A DNA stretch of 64,000 bases from Eubacteriales bacterium (GCA_045604985.1 JAZUPD010000087.1:1647-65646), one strand, 5' to 3'; positions 1-9,900 are shown, counted from the stretch's first letter. Translations and numbers: made by a program. Notes: a model not told the origin generated them from the letters alone.

Positions 1-219
1 AAAGGGCTTAACATGGTTATCTGCAAGCTCGTCATAGGATCTTCTTACGATAAGGCATTTTATGCCCGGATATCGCAAGCACAAGCCCACGAGCTTGCGT
101 CTCAACGCCCATGATTTACCTCCGCCTCTTGCACCGCCGTAAGCGGTGTATCTTGCTTCGGAATCAAAAAATAACTGCTGTTTTTTGTTTGGAACGCCTT
201 CAATCGCGACTTTTTTCAT
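1..219 (-). CDS. phage terminase large subunit, N-terminal fragment (continues off the left edge)
   Basis: Own translation of the minus strand from the ATG at 219-217 gives MKKVAIEGVPNKKQQLFFDSEARYTAYGGARGGGKSWALRRKLVGLCLRYPGIKCLIVRRSYDELADNHVKPF. GGARGGGKS is a Walker-A box typical of the terminase ATPase domain. The start overlaps the stop of the upstream ORF (TAATG). Confidence 0.75.
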   Translation of the reverse strand, partial: MKKVAIEGVPNKKQQLFFDSEARYTAYGGARGGGKSWALRRKLVGLCLRYPGIKCLIVRRSYDELADNHVKPF

Positions 220-575
220 TATTTACCATCCTTTAAAATGTCATGCTCGAAATATACAGTAACCGGCTCATCCTCACTTCTCTTCTCATCACCATAACCC
301 AGTCTCCTTTTCATATAAGAGCCCACAAGAGTTACGGCAACATCGGAATTGAGTGCTTCATCCTCGAAAACCGAGCAAAGTGCATCAAATTCATGGGGGA
401 ATTTTTTGCCAAGCTCATCAAGATCGTTCTGACCCATATGACAAAATCTGCAAAATCCCGCCATATTGGGAAATTTATCCTCCTCACCGCAATGGGCAAT
501 ATATAGCTCAGCCACCTCCAGAAGGTTTCCTTTTTTGAGTTTTTTCCTGATATCAATATTTTCGCTATCCGCCAT
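219..575 (-). CDS. phage terminase small subunit-like protein
   Basis: 118 aa ORF translationally coupled to the terminase large subunit. The FPNMAGFCRF segment resembles the helix-turn-helix core (P-T/N-x-x-G-F/L) of small terminase families. Assignment is by position and motif only. Confidence 0.55.
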   Translation of the reverse strand: MADSENIDIRKKLKKGNLLEVAELYIAHCGEEDKFPNMAGFCRFCHMGQNDLDELGKKFPHEFDALCSVFEDEALNSDVAVTLVGSYMKRRLGYGDEKRSEDEPVTVYFEHDILKDGK

Positions 576-696
576 TCATAAAATCACCCTTCCTTTCGGT
601 ATAGAAATATTTTCGCATTTCTGCTTTGCAAAAAGATTTTAGCAAAAAACACCGTTCCAAAAAGTATCCTGTAGTACTATACCATACCAAATCATC

Positions 697-725
697 TTGA
701 AAAATCTCGCAAAATAAGGTATAAT
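697..725 (+). promoter_or_regulatory. sigmaA-type promoter for the PPTase gene
   Basis: TTGAAA (697-702), 17-nt spacer, TATAAT (720-725). Followed by the GGGGGGAG RBS and a TTG start at 748. Confidence 0.5.
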
Positions 726-747
726 ATAAAAAAAGGGGGGAGTTTTT

Positions 748-1371
748 TTGATAAAGACAGAATTTGCACTTGTTCCGAATGAAATAACCGAAACCGATAT
801 AAAAAATAAAGCGGAGAGTATCCCCGCTTCGATCATGAAAAATAATGCAGATTATATTGAGTTGCTTCTGAACAAAAAGCACCGCCCGTCTGCCTATAAA
901 AGTCTCGCAGCTATCTACCTTCTCGGCTCGTTTACAGAGGAGCTGGGCATCTTCCCCACCATTGCAAAAACAGATAAAGGAAAACCATATTTTACCGATA
1001 TTCCTTATATAGATTTCAGTATTTCACATTCCGAAAGCCTTGTGGCTTGCTCCATATGCATCTCTAAGGAGCAAAAGCCGATGATAGGCGTAGACTGCGA
1101 AACATTATATAAAAAAGACCCCATGCAAATAGCTGAAAGATTTTTTACCGAAAAAGAAAAAGAGATTATTTTATCATCCGACGATAAAGAAAAAACATTT
1201 ACAGTCCTTTGGACAAAAAAAGAAGCCTATCTTAAGCTTCTCGGAAAAGGAATTTCCGTCCCTCTTTCGTCATTTTGCGTGGAGTCTCTCCCCTATCATT
1301 TTGAGACATACGAAATAATGGATAATATTTTTACAATTTGCTCAAAAAAAAGTTTCTTTAGTGCTTGTTAA
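748..1371 (+). CDS. 4'-phosphopantetheinyl transferase, Sfp type
   Basis: Contains IGVDCE and WTKKEAYLKLLGKG, the G-x-D and W/F-x-x-KE-x-x-K motifs of Sfp-family PPTases. 207 aa, TTG start 5 nt after a strong RBS. Confidence 0.8.
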   Translation: MIKTEFALVPNEITETDIKNKAESIPASIMKNNADYIELLLNKKHRPSAYKSLAAIYLLGSFTEELGIFPTIAKTDKGKPYFTDIPYIDFSISHSESLVACSICISKEQKPMIGVDCETLYKKDPMQIAERFFTEKEKEIILSSDDKEKTFTVLWTKKEAYLKLLGKGISVPLSSFCVESLPYHFETYEIMDNIFTICSKKSFFSAC

Positions 1372-1436
1372 CTGTTGACATTCGGATTGAATTATGTTAC
1401 AATCACTATGATGTTCAACTAAATGGAGGCACAGCC

Positions 1437-2957
1437 TTGAATCCAAAATTTAAAGAAAAAACAATGGAATCTCTATCCGCAGTTCTTCCCATATCAGCAA
1501 TAGTGCTGGTTATCAGCATTATCATCGTTCCGATGGAGCTTGGAAGCGTCTCGCTCTTTACGGTGGGTACTGTTATGCTGATAATTGGCATGGGCTTTTT
1601 TCAGCTTGGTGCTGAAATTGCCATGACCCCTATAGGAGAAGGTATCGGAGTTCAGATTTCAAAAACGAGAAAGATCTTTCTCGTCATAATAATAGGCTTT
1701 ATTATGGGTGCGATAATAACCATCTCGGAGCCAGACCTTGCTGTACTTGCAGAACAGGTCCCCTCAGTTCCAAATCTTGTGCTGATACTCACGGTAGCTG
1801 TCGGTGTAGGTATCTTCCTTGCCGTTGCGATCCTTCGTATCAGATTTCAGATAGACCTTTCAAAGCTTCTTATCTTTCTCTATGCACTTCTCATAGTTAC
1901 GTCTTTTTTCGTACCCGAAGATTTTCTCGCAGTTGCATTTGACTCGGGCGGAGTTACAACAGGACCTATGACAGTTCCCTTTATTATGGCACTTGGTGTT
2001 GGTCTTGCATCTATCCGAAGCGATAAAAACTCGGCTAGCGACAGTTTTGGTCTAGTTGCTCTTTCAAGCGTTGGTCCTATACTTGCCGTACTTATTCTCG
2101 GATGCTTCTTTAAGCCCACAGAGGCACTTTATTCAGGTGTGGGTATTGAAAATGTTGTCACAACGCAGGACGTTGCAAAAGTCTTTATTTTAGGAATACC
2201 AAAATATGCACAGGAGGTTCTTATCTCTCTTCTTCCCATCATTGCGGTATTCGTACTTTTACAGCTTATCACAAAAAGATATCAGAAAAGACAGATCAAA
2301 AGAATAGCTGTCGGACTTATTTATACATACGTAGGACTTGTTCTTTTCCTTTGCGGAGTAAATATCGGATTTGCTCCCATTGGTTCTTTTCTTGGCAATG
2401 AGCTTGCATCGCTTAAACACAACTGGATACTCATTCCCCTCGGCATGCTTATAGGTTATTTCATTGTAAAGGCAGAGCCTGCAATTCAGGTCCTTAACCA
2501 TCAAGTCGAAAATGTCACCGACGGTGCTATCTCTGTAAAAGCCATGAATCGTGCAATGTCCATTGGTGTTGCGGTAAGTGTCGGTCTCGCCATGCTTCGC
2601 GTGCTTGCTAAAATTCCGATAGAATGGATAATCATCCCCGAATATGTCATTGCTCTTGTAATGTCAAGATTCGTCCCGAAAATGTTCGTTGGTATTGCCT
2701 TTGATGCTGGCGGAGTTGCCAGCGGTCCAATGACCTCAACCTTTTTGCTTCCTCTTAGCATAGGCGCCTGCAATGCCCTTGGAGGGAATATTATGACAGA
2801 CGCCTTCGGAGTTGTTGCCCTCGTTGCCTTAGCACCGCTCATTGCAATTCAAACAATGGGAATTGTTTATAAGATCAAGTTGGTTAGAAGTGGCACAAAG
2901 ATCACAGCCATTCCCAAAAATAGCGATGAAATCATTGATCTCGAGGAGGATTTTTAA
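1437..2957 (+). CDS. DUF1538-family integral membrane protein (internally duplicated)
   Basis: Polytopic hydrophobic protein with two copies of the FD-S/A-GGV-x-x-GPMT motif (FDSGGVTTGPMTVPF and FDAGGVASGPMTSTF). Start chosen at TTG 1437, 7 nt after GGAGG. ATG 1464 and the ORF-track start 1365 remain possible. Confidence 0.7.
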   Translation: MNPKFKEKTMESLSAVLPISAIVLVISIIIVPMELGSVSLFTVGTVMLIIGMGFFQLGAEIAMTPIGEGIGVQISKTRKIFLVIIIGFIMGAIITISEPDLAVLAEQVPSVPNLVLILTVAVGVGIFLAVAILRIRFQIDLSKLLIFLYALLIVTSFFVPEDFLAVAFDSGGVTTGPMTVPFIMALGVGLASIRSDKNSASDSFGLVALSSVGPILAVLILGCFFKPTEALYSGVGIENVVTTQDVAKVFILGIPKYAQEVLISLLPIIAVFVLLQLITKRYQKRQIKRIAVGLIYTYVGLVLFLCGVNIGFAPIGSFLGNELASLKHNWILIPLGMLIGYFIVKAEPAIQVLNHQVENVTDGAISVKAMNRAMSIGVAVSVGLAMLRVLAKIPIEWIIIPEYVIALVMSRFVPKMFVGIAFDAGGVASGPMTSTFLLPLSIGACNALGGNIMTDAFGVVALVALAPLIAIQTMGIVYKIKLVRSGTKITAIPKNSDEIIDLEEDF

Positions 2958-3646
2958 TGGAAAACGAAAAAATGAAGCCCTCCTATCAGCTTTTAGTGCT
3001 TATAGCAACACCAAAGCTTGCAGATAAGGCAGCAGATCTCTTTTTACAAAGCTCGGTACCCTTGCAGTATAGAATAAATGCCGAGGGAACAGCACCAAGC
3101 GACATTATGGATATGTTAGGCCTCGGAAGCATAGATAAATGCGTTCTTGCAAGCACCGTCGAAAAGCCGATTGGTGAAAAAATGCTCGGCAAGCTCCATT
3201 CACAGCTCAGGCTTGACACTGTAAATAGCGGTATCGCCTTTACTATGCCTCTCACCGGAGCAAGCAATCTGCTCTTGCAGATAATAAACATGAGCACCGA
3301 AAGTATCTCCGAATCTGTCAGGAAGGAAAGATATATTATGACCGAAATAAAATATTCGCTTGTAACGGCGATAGTAAACAGAGGCTTTAGCGGCGACGTT
3401 ATGAAGGCTGCCAAAGAGGCAGGCGCAGGTGGCGGAACCGTTATGCACAGCAGAAGCATTGTTAATAAAGATGCACTGGGCGCAAAAGAGCTGAGCATCC
3501 CTGATGAGAAGGAAATCGTTTTGATAATAGCCGAGGGAGAAAGCAAGATCGCCATTATGAAGGCAATAAGCGAAAGCTGTGGTATGTCAAGCGAGGCAAA
3601 GGGGCTTGTCATGTCTCTGCCGATCGACTCCGTTATGGGAATTTAA
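2957..3646 (+). CDS. tandem P-II-like signal-transduction protein
   Basis: 229 aa, two repeats of about 105 aa. The second (YSLVTAIVNRGFSGDVMKAAKEAGAGGGTVMHSRS...) has the beta-alpha-beta signature of P-II family proteins. The ATG overlaps the stop of the DUF1538 gene (TAATG). Confidence 0.65.
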   Translation: MENEKMKPSYQLLVLIATPKLADKAADLFLQSSVPLQYRINAEGTAPSDIMDMLGLGSIDKCVLASTVEKPIGEKMLGKLHSQLRLDTVNSGIAFTMPLTGASNLLLQIINMSTESISESVRKERYIMTEIKYSLVTAIVNRGFSGDVMKAAKEAGAGGGTVMHSRSIVNKDALGAKELSIPDEKEIVLIIAEGESKIAIMKAISESCGMSSEAKGLVMSLPIDSVMGI

Positions 3647-3696
3647 TTTATTTGATTTTATTTACTCTTTGTCTTTACAAAATTTATTTACTGAAA

Positions 3697-3733
3697 AACA
3701 ATGGTCTGCTTCAAAGGAAGCAGACCATTGTTT
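3697..3733. terminator. bidirectional intrinsic terminator
   Basis: ACAATGGTCTGCTTC-aaag-GAAGCAGACCATTGT, a perfect 15-bp stem, flanked by an A-run upstream and TTTT downstream. Confidence 0.6.
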
Positions 3734-3762
3734 TATCACTTTATAAAAAATAAGATTGCAAA

Positions 3763-3800
3763 GAAAAAAACAAAAGGGCGTCCTCATCGGAACGCCCTTT
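3763..3800 (-). terminator. intrinsic terminator of the rplU-prp-rpmA operon
   Basis: On the minus strand: AAAGGGCGTTCCgatgaGGACGCCCTTTTGTTTTTTT, 16 nt after the rpmA stop. Confidence 0.6.
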
Positions 3801-3815
3801 GCCGAAAGAAAGCAA

Positions 3816-4094
3816 TCAGTCAGCGTAAACGCTTACCTGCTTCTTAGCTTTTGTCTTATGCTCAAACTTAACCTTACCGTCAATGAGAGCAAAGAGAGTA
3901 TCATCCTTACCGATACCAACGTTGTTACCGGGATGTACTGCTGTACCTCTCTGTCTGATAATGATGTTGCCTGCCTTTACGGGCTGACCGTCGGACTTCT
4001 TAACACCAAGTCTCTTGGATTCGCTGTCACGACCGTTCTTTGTAGAACCAACACCTTTTTTATGAGCAAAGAACTGTAAACTGAGTCTTAACAT
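3816..4094 (-). CDS. rpmA: 50S ribosomal protein L27 with cleavable N-terminal extension
   Basis: [32 protein letters not shown]... The QFF/A motif is the Firmicute Prp cleavage site. Start at the internal ATG 4094, 8 nt after GGAGG. Confidence 0.95.
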   Translation of the reverse strand: MLRLSLQFFAHKKGVGSTKNGRDSESKRLGVKKSDGQPVKAGNIIIRQRGTAVHPGNNVGIGKDDTLFALIDGKVKFEHKTKAKKQVSVYAD

Positions 4095-4151
4095 TATTCC
4101 TACCTCCATAATTTTTGGTTTGCGGCTGTGCCGCCTCTTTAGAAAAACGAA

Positions 4152-4511
4152 TTACTGATAGTCGATATCCTTTATGGATACATCGAGAAAATCGTAATAC
4201 TCCTCAAGCATATCATTAAGCTGATAATAATATGCTGTAAAAATGCCCGAAACCGCATATTGCTTGCGCTCGTCGTCCTCAAATTGAGGAAGAGCCCCGC
4301 GGCATCTTACGCGAATATTCGTGGTCACCTCGTCGATCTCATATTCAACATCCGAAGCATAGGCAATTTCTATGGAGTTGATGATAAGCATAGTCATTGC
4401 GGAAAGAGCGGCACAGAGAATATCATTCCCTTCCTCGCCAAATCCCGTGTGACCCTGTTCTTCGAAGCCGTAGAAAACTCCGCCGCTCCGATAAAAAACG
4501 ATTTTCGTCAT
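4152..4511 (-). CDS. prp: ribosomal-processing cysteine protease Prp
   Basis: 119 aa lying between rplU and rpmA. GHTGFGEEGNDILCAALSA carries the His/Cys dyad context of Prp (YsxB family). Confidence 0.85.
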   Translation of the reverse strand: MTKIVFYRSGGVFYGFEEQGHTGFGEEGNDILCAALSAMTMLIINSIEIAYASDVEYEIDEVTTNIRVRCRGALPQFEDDERKQYAVSGIFTAYYYQLNDMLEEYYDFLDVSIKDIDYQ

Positions 4512-4523
4512 AACAGAAACCTA

Positions 4524-4835
4524 TTAGCCGCAGATCTTTGTGATCTGTACCTTTGTATAGGGCTGTCTGTGACCGATCTTCTTCTTCTCGTTCTTCTTAG
4601 CCTTGTACTTCATAACGTAGATTTTCTTAGCCTTACCGTTCTTAACAACGGTTGCCTCGACCTTTGCGCCCTCAACTGTGGGAGCTCCTACCTTGAAGCC
4701 TTCTCCGGTAGATAATGCCATTACCTGATCAAATGTAACAGTCTCGCCTTCGTTAACGTCGAGTTTCTCAACGAAAATGATATCGCCCTCGTTAACCTTG
4801 TACTGCTTTCCGCCGGTCTGAATAACTGCAAACAC
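4524..4835 (-). CDS. rplU: 50S ribosomal protein L21
   Basis: (V)[24 protein letters not shown]... is the canonical L21 N-terminus. GTG start at 4835, 8 nt after AGAGAGG. The ORF-track start 4892 is upstream of the RBS. Confidence 0.9.
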   Translation of the reverse strand: MFAVIQTGGKQYKVNEGDIIFVEKLDVNEGETVTFDQVMALSTGEGFKVGAPTVEGAKVEATVVKNGKAKKIYVMKYKAKKNEKKKIGHRQPYTKVQITKICG

Positions 4836-4918
4836 GAAAAGCACCTCTCTTTCTTTTCTAGACTCGCTAATGAAGGCGATGCAAAAAAGCATACTTTTAA
4901 AGCCCCCAAATTATGCGG
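4836..4918 (-). promoter_or_regulatory. 5' leader of rplU operon (candidate L21-leader-type element)
   Basis: About 80-nt untranslated leader between the consensus promoter and the rplU start. Contains GCATA...TATGC followed by TTTTTT. Firmicute rplU operons are known to carry a structured leader. Not verified by a covariance model. Confidence 0.3.
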
Positions 4919-4924
4919 CTCTCT

Positions 4925-4953
4925 ATTATAACATTATTTTCCCTCTTTGTCAA
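4925..4953 (-). promoter_or_regulatory. sigmaA-type promoter of rplU-prp-rpmA
   Basis: Minus strand: TTGACA (4953-4948), 17 nt, TATAAT (4930-4925). Confidence 0.55.
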
Positions 4954-4982
4954 TAGTTTTTCGCCATTTTTTTAATTTTCAT

Positions 4983-5017
4983 AAAAAAGACTGAGCCAAA
5001 AAGCTTTTGACTCAGTC
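4983..5017 (-). terminator. intrinsic terminator of gpmI
   Basis: Minus strand: GACTGAGTCAAAAGCTTTTTGGCTCAGTC followed by TTTTTT, 15 nt after the gpmI stop. Confidence 0.6.
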
Positions 5018-5031
5018 CATATAAGAAATTT

Positions 5032-6684
5032 TTATTTGATCTCGATAACAGATTCATCCCACATATCGGGCGCATCATATCCAAGAAGATTTACCATTGT
5101 TGCAGCAACGCTTGAAAGCCCAAACTTACCCTCGTCTGCCTTAACGGTATATTTGTCAGAGCAGAAATTATCATAAATAATGCAAGGAACCTTATTGAGA
5201 GTGTGACTTGTCTTTGATTTATAAGTGCCATCCTTACCGGCTTTTGGCTGACCGGATTTCTTATCCATCTCATACATTTCGTCTGCATTACCGTGGTCAG
5301 CAGTGATGAGAGCCGCACCGTGAAGCTTGTCAACGACGGAGAGGATTCTTGCAAGCTGAAGATCATGAGCCTCCATGGAACAGATGGTTGCTTCAAGATT
5401 TCCCGTGTGACCAACCATATCACCATTGGGGAAATTGACACGCAGATACTTATATTTTCCGCTTTCGAGACACTCGATGAGCTTGTCCGTGATCTCTGCA
5501 CACTTCATCCAGGGTCTTTGCTCAAAGGGAACCACATCAGAGGGGATCTCAATATAGGTCTCAAGCTCCTCAGAGAACTTTCCGCTCTTGTTTCCATTCC
5601 AGAAATAGGTAACATGACCGTATTTCTGTGTCTCGGAGATAGCAAGCTGAGAAACTCCCGTATTTACGAGGAATTCTCCCATAGTATTTGTGATCTCGGG
5701 TGGTGAAACAAGATACTTGTGAGGAATATGAAGGTCTCCGTCATATTCAAGCATACCTGCATAAACAACTTTCGGAAAACGAACTCTGTCAAACTTGTCA
5801 AAGCTTTCGTCCTCAAATGCTTTGGATATCTCAATTGAGCGGTCACCGCGGAAATTATAGAAGATAACACTGTCGCCATCCTCAATAGTACCAACAGGCT
5901 TGCCATCCTCTGCAATAACGAAAGGAGGAAGATCCTGGTCAATAACATGAAGCTCGTTGCGGTAGGTCTGAACAGCCTTTGCAGCACAGCAGAACTGTCT
6001 TCCCTCTCCGAGAACGTGAGTATGCCAGCCATGCTCAACCATGCTCCAGTCAGCCTCGTATCTGTCCATTGTGATCTTCATTCTTCCGCCTCCGCTTGCG
6101 ATCTTGATATCAAAATCAGAAGCACGAAGCTCTGAAATAAAAGCTTCAAAGGGCTCGATATAATCAAGCGCACTGGTCTCGCCAACATCACGACCGTCAA
6201 TAAGGATATGAATACGGACCTTGCCGACCTGCTCGCTCTTTGCCCTGATAAGCATTGCTTTAAGATGGTCTATATGAGAATGAACATTTCCGTCCGAGAA
6301 AAGACCGATGAAATGAAGGGTAGAAGCATTGGTCTTAACATTTGAAACAAGCTCCTTCCATGTTTCGGAAGCGAACATCTTGCCGCTTTCGATGGACTGA
6401 GAAACGAGCTTTGCTCCCTGAGCAAATACCTGACCTGCACCAAGGGCATTATGACCGACCTCGCTATTACCCATGTCGTCATCCGACGGCAGACCAACAG
6501 CAGTGCCGTGAGCCTTGAGAGTTACCATAGGATATTTAGCCATGAGAGAATCGAGAGTAGGTGTATAAGCCGTTGCAACAGCATTTGAAATTGTGTTCGG
6601 TGCAATTCCCACACCGTCCATAACGATCGTCAGCACAGGACCTTCAATGCCGCCAAAACGAGCATTCTTTTCGAGTTTGTTCAT
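5032..6684 (-). CDS. gpmI: 2,3-bisphosphoglycerate-independent phosphoglycerate mutase
   Basis: GPVLTIVMDGVGIAP..., DDDMGNSEVGHNALGAGQV (phosphoserine motif) and ITADHGNADEM are hallmarks of iPGM. 550 aa. Confidence 0.9.
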   Translation of the reverse strand: MNKLEKNARFGGIEGPVLTIVMDGVGIAPNTISNAVATAYTPTLDSLMAKYPMVTLKAHGTAVGLPSDDDMGNSEVGHNALGAGQVFAQGAKLVSQSIESGKMFASETWKELVSNVKTNASTLHFIGLFSDGNVHSHIDHLKAMLIRAKSEQVGKVRIHILIDGRDVGETSALDYIEPFEAFISELRASDFDIKIASGGGRMKITMDRYEADWSMVEHGWHTHVLGEGRQFCCAAKAVQTYRNELHVIDQDLPPFVIAEDGKPVGTIEDGDSVIFYNFRGDRSIEISKAFEDESFDKFDRVRFPKVVYAGMLEYDGDLHIPHKYLVSPPEITNTMGEFLVNTGVSQLAISETQKYGHVTYFWNGNKSGKFSEELETYIEIPSDVVPFEQRPWMKCAEITDKLIECLESGKYKYLRVNFPNGDMVGHTGNLEATICSMEAHDLQLARILSVVDKLHGAALITADHGNADEMYEMDKKSGQPKAGKDGTYKSKTSHTLNKVPCIIYDNFCSDKYTVKADEGKFGLSSVAATMVNLLGYDAPDMWDESVIEIK

Positions 6685-6718
6685 TTTATAATTCCTCCAA
6701 ATAATAATCTACCTATAT

Positions 6719-6746
6719 ATTTTACCACATATTTGATAATAATCAA
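6719..6746 (-). promoter_or_regulatory. sigmaA-type promoter of gpmI
   Basis: Minus strand: TTGATT (6746-6741), 16 nt, TGgTAAAAT extended -10 (6724-6719). Confidence 0.45.
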
Positions 6747-6921
6747 GTGGGTTTTGAAAAAATATGACAAAATTATAACACATTTTTAACGATAAATATC
6801 CAAATAAGATGGAGAAGATGAATTTATATATTAAAAATGCCGTGACAGCAAGATTTTCTGTCGCTCAAAACAAATTATATTTACTGATCATTTCTTGAAT
6901 CATCATATAAATATGAACATT

Positions 6922-6962
6922 AAAAAACAAGCGGAGAAGCAGCCATCTGACCGCCTCTCCGC
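6922..6962 (-). terminator. intrinsic terminator of rpoBC
   Basis: Minus strand: GCGGAGAGGCggtcagatggctGCTTCTCCGC followed by TTGTTTTTT, 18 nt after the rpoC stop. Confidence 0.6.
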
Positions 6963-6979
6963 AAATTGATTATTAACTA

Positions 6980-9900
6980 TTAAGCGATACTGTCGTCATC
7001 CAAAAAATCCATTCCGGTGTGTTCAACCTCGATCTCACGGTATTTATCCATACCTGTTCCCGCAGGAATAAGCTTACCGATAATGACGTTTTCCTTAAGG
7101 CCGACAAGATGGTCGATCTTGCCCTTGATAGCAGAATCTGTAAGAACCTTTGTTGTTTCCTGGAAGGATGAAGCGGAAAGGAAGGATTCTGTCTGAAGCG
7201 CAGCCTTTGTGATACCGAGAAGTTCTCTTGTACCCTCCGCAGGCTGGAGCGTAACGCCCTCTGCTTTTGCTCTTTCCTCGAGAGTAAGATTTGCCTCCTC
7301 AAACTCACCGATATCAATAAGAGAACCAACAAGAAGGTCTGTATCGCCGGGATCGTCAACTCTGATCTTTCTCGTCATCTGACGGGCAATTATCTCAACG
7401 TGTTTATCGTTGATATCAACCGACTGTGAACGGTAAACGCTGTGAGTTTCACGGATGATGTAATCATAGACCGCATCAAGCCCCTGAATCCTCTTAATAT
7501 CAGCGGGACTCTTTGAGCCCTTTGTAAGTGCCTGACCGACAGTCACATGATCACCGTCATTTATAGTTATAGCCCAACCATAAGGAATTGGATATTTAAC
7601 AGACTCACCCGTTTCATCAGACTGAATTACGATCTCGTTCGTATGAGTGGACTCGCTGAGTCTTGTATGAGCAATACCGCTGACCTCTGCCATGATAGCG
7701 GCCTTCTTAGGTGTTCTTGCCTCAAAGAGCTCCTCAACTCGGGGAAGACCCTGAGTAATGTCGGATCCCGCAATACCACCTGAGTGGAAGGTTCTCATGG
7801 TAAGCTGTGTACCCGGCTCACCTATGGACTGAGCAGCAATAATACCAACAGACTCACCGACGCTTACCAATTTGCCCGAAGCAAGGTCTGAACCGTAGCA
7901 ACGAGCGCAAACACCCTGCTTTGCATGACACTGGATAAGAGTTCTGATATATACCTGCTCAATGCCGGCATCAATTATCTTTTTAACATCCTCATCATCC
8001 ATCATAGTGTCATCCTCAACGAGGATCTCGCCTGTTTTGGGGTCAACAACAGGCCCCATTGTAAATCTACCCCAAAGTCTGTCGCGAAGAGGTTCAATAA
8101 CGTTTCCTTCCTCATTGCAGATATCGCTTACCCAAGCACCCTTTGTTGTGTCACACTTGTCCTCTTTAACGATGACCTCCTGAGAAACGTCAACAAGGCG
8201 TCTTGTAAGGTAACCGGAGTCCGCAGTACGAAGTGCGGTATCGGAAAGCGATTTACGGGAAGATTTCGCACCCATGAAGTACTCGAAGATCTTCATTCCC
8301 TCACGGAAGTTAGATCTGATCGGGATCTCCATCGTCTTACCTGTTGCCGAGAACATGAGTCCTCGCATACCTGCCAGCTGTCTCATCTGTGCCATAGAGC
8401 CGCGGGCACCGGAATCGCTCATGATCTTGATAGGATTATAGCGACTAAGGCTCTTCTGAAGCTCGCCTGTAACTGCATTTGTAGTATTATCCCAAATAGC
8501 GATAACGGACTTATATCTTTCCTCCTCGGAAAGCTCACCCATCATATAATGCTCGGAAATCTTCTCAACCTGCTTTTCTGCCTCTGCAAGAATATCCTTC
8601 TTTTCAGGTGGAACGGTCATATCGTAAACGGAAATTGAGAAAGCAGCTCTTGTGGAATACTTATAACCCATTTCCTTAATATGGTCAAGAACATCTGCAG
8701 TAACGGAGAAGCCATGATACTTGATACATCTGTCGATGATCTGACCAAGCTGCTTCTTACCGGTTACAAACATAATTTCAAGGTCGAACATATTCTCTTC
8801 GTTTCTCTCAACGAAGCCAAGATCCTGAGGAAGCGGACGGTTGAAGATAAGACGGCCGAGAGTTGCGTCGATGATCTTGGACTTCTTAACGCCGTCGATC
8901 TCTTTTTCCATTCTTATCTTGATCTTTGCATGAATACCGAGCTGTCCGTTTGCATAAGCCATCATAGCCTCGTCAAAGTCACGGAAAACTCTTCCTTCAC
9001 CGGGTTCGCCATCCTTTTCCATGGTCAGATAGTAAGAACCAAGGACCATATCCTGAGAAGGAACGGTAACAGCGCGTCCGTCACTGGGCTTAAGCAGATT
9101 GTTTGCGGAAAGCATAAGGAATCTCGCCTCCGCCTGAGCCTCTGCAGAAAGAGGAACGTGAACAGGCATCTGGTCACCGTCGAAGTCCGCATTGAACGCA
9201 GTACAAACGAGAGGATGAAGCTTGATAGCCCTACCGTCGACAAGAACGGGCTCGAATGCCTGAATAGAAAGTCTATGGAGTGTAGGCGCACGGTTAAGAA
9301 GCACCGGATGCTCCTTGATAACATTTTCGAGAGCATCCCAAACCTCGGGAAAAACTCTGTCGATCTTTCTCTGTGCGTCTCTTACATTGGTAGCCTTTTG
9401 CATCTCAACAAGTCTCTTAACAACGAAAGGCTTGAAAAGCTCGAGAGCCATCTCACGGGGAAGACCGCACTGATATATCTTAAGCTGAGGACCAACGACG
9501 ATAACCGAACGTCCGGAATAATCAACGCGCTTACCGAGAAGGTTCTGACGGAAGCGTCCCTGCTTACCTCTGAGCATTTCGGAGAGAGACTTCAGCGGGC
9601 GGTTGCTGGGACCCGTTACAGGCTTTCCGCGGCGACCGTTGTCGATAAGTGCATCAACAGCCTCCTGAAGCATTCTCTTTTCATTACGAATAACGATTTC
9701 GGGAGTTCTGATCTCCTGAAGTTTTTTAAGACGGTTATTTCTTGCAATAACTCTGCGGTAAAGCTCGTTAATATCGGAAGAAGCAAAGCGACCGCCATCA
9801 AGCTGAACCATAGGACGGATCTCCGGAGGGATAACGGGAAGAACGTCAAGTATCATCCAATCAACATTGTTGCCGGACTTTCTAAATGACTCAACCACCT

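Noticed and set aside
6780-6900. 26-29 codon plus-strand ORF (MEKMNLYIKNAVTARFSVAQNKLYLLIIS) and a small hairpin GTGACAG...CTGTCGC in the gpmI-rpoC spacer
   Set aside because: RBS spacing is wrong for both candidate ATGs. The stem is only 5-7 bp with no U-tract, and there is no supporting context.
8681-9889. 402-aa plus-strand ORF, with similar long antisense ORFs at 7925-8638, 11198-12256, 35394-36338 and 50883-51644
   Set aside because: All lie antisense within rpoC, rpoB, dnaE or mutL. They have no motifs and no translation signals, so they were treated as shadow ORFs.
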